Below are positions 63,158-64,000 of a stretch of 64,000 nt of DNA, in pieces. The notes beneath the pieces are model-generated. The model was not told where the DNA came from and did not search any database. It saw only the letters and a program-made list of their open reading frames with translations. A program made the translations under genes and the position numbers. Source of the stretch: Balanoglossus misakiensis (taxonomy: Eukaryota > Animalia > Hemichordata); NCBI GenBank assembly GCA_040954595.2, contig CM082576.2, positions 20,383,028-20,447,027 on the forward strand, read 5' to 3'. Position 1 is the first letter of the stretch; every line of letters starts with the position of its first letter.

Positions 63158-64000
63158 CATAGACCCTAGAGAAAGAAGGACGAGCAACTGCGGCAAAGAT
63201 CAAAGGGTTTGGGGATTATCTGTATGATGATGTTCTTTTGCATATAATTAACACCCAGGACAGTTGGACAATGACTTCCTTACTTCGGCACGTGTCGACC
63301 CCACCAGTGATGCGAAAACTTGCCACCAAACTGACACTCCTGCATTTCAGCAGCCACTGCGTTTTTTTCTAAAATTCTAAAAGTATTACGATGTCTGTGC
63401 TAATTATTATGGTCGTCTGTCGGATGAACGGTCATTTCTAGTGCCACAAGCTTCATTTAAAAATTGTAAACAAATCATCCATGCCAAATTCCTGTTTAAC
63501 TTGTGCAGATGTGTTCCATAAATGATTGCTGCGTTCAACCACGTTGCAGTTTTCTCGTCTTCTGCGAGATGTTCTAAGGTGTTTGTGATAACTTCACGCA
63601 AAACGCGAGACTTTGCGTTAGTTTATACACAGTTTATTTGCAAATTGGATTATTGGGATTTACCTGGAAATAATGTATGCAAAAGAACATCATTTCAAGA
63701 AAAAACTGGAGTTGCGCGTCCTTCTTGCATGTCCGACTGGGCACTCATATTTCTTGGTAACGCTGACACTTTTCGTAATAATTTTATGTTTGCGTGAAGC
63801 ATTGAAACAAAAATTGTGGTTTAGGGGCATTTTATTTCGCAGTGCGTGAACAATAAAACAGATTTCACGAAAACAATTTATAAACAAACTGGCTGGATTT
63901 TCATGTGTGCGCTATTGCCGCCAGGCAACCCTCGGTACGGTTAGCTCACAGCCTTGTGAAATACCCGGACTGTTAGACAAAAGATGCTTGTTTTGGACGC
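63158..64000. mobile_element. P/Galileo-like element, copy B (incomplete at window end)
   Basis: GTCAAAC|CATAGACCCTAGAG, identical to 47767. Confidence 0.85.

Larger units (their letters stand above)
57284..64000 (+). repeat. Segmental duplication block, copy B (runs off the window)
   Basis: Near-identical to 39463-48609 apart from a few substitutions and four indels. Confidence 0.97.

Overview
AT-rich animal genomic DNA, probably a marine invertebrate deuterostome (inferred from exon style and repeat families); nothing prokaryotic and no intact gene. The window is a mosaic of duplicated, decayed gene pieces on the + strand: (i) two Ca-binding EGF exons at 2.3-4.3 kb; (ii) ten consecutive GT-AG exons from the middle HEAT region of DNA-PKcs (PRKDC) at 6.5-24.9 kb, carrying 4 stops and 2 frameshifts; (iii) one EGF exon at 28.1 kb behind a Gypsy fragment; (iv) a ~17 kb block from 39.5 kb with five Cys-rich (GCC2/GCC3-like) exons and eleven EGF exons of an unusual 8-cysteine type, many damaged, repeated almost identically from 57.3 kb to the window end. 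Introns hold LINE fragments (one near-complete L2 ORF2), Gypsy remnants, Helentron/HINE-like elements, TTAA-targeting and TA-targeting MITEs, a P/Galileo-like element with a matching excision footprint, and about eight hairpin-bearing (Crypton-like) elements. Most ORFs in the supplied track are incidental. I found no convincing new biological system; the best leads are the 8-Cys EGF array, the mosaic duplication hub, the P-like element and footprint, and the hairpin elements.
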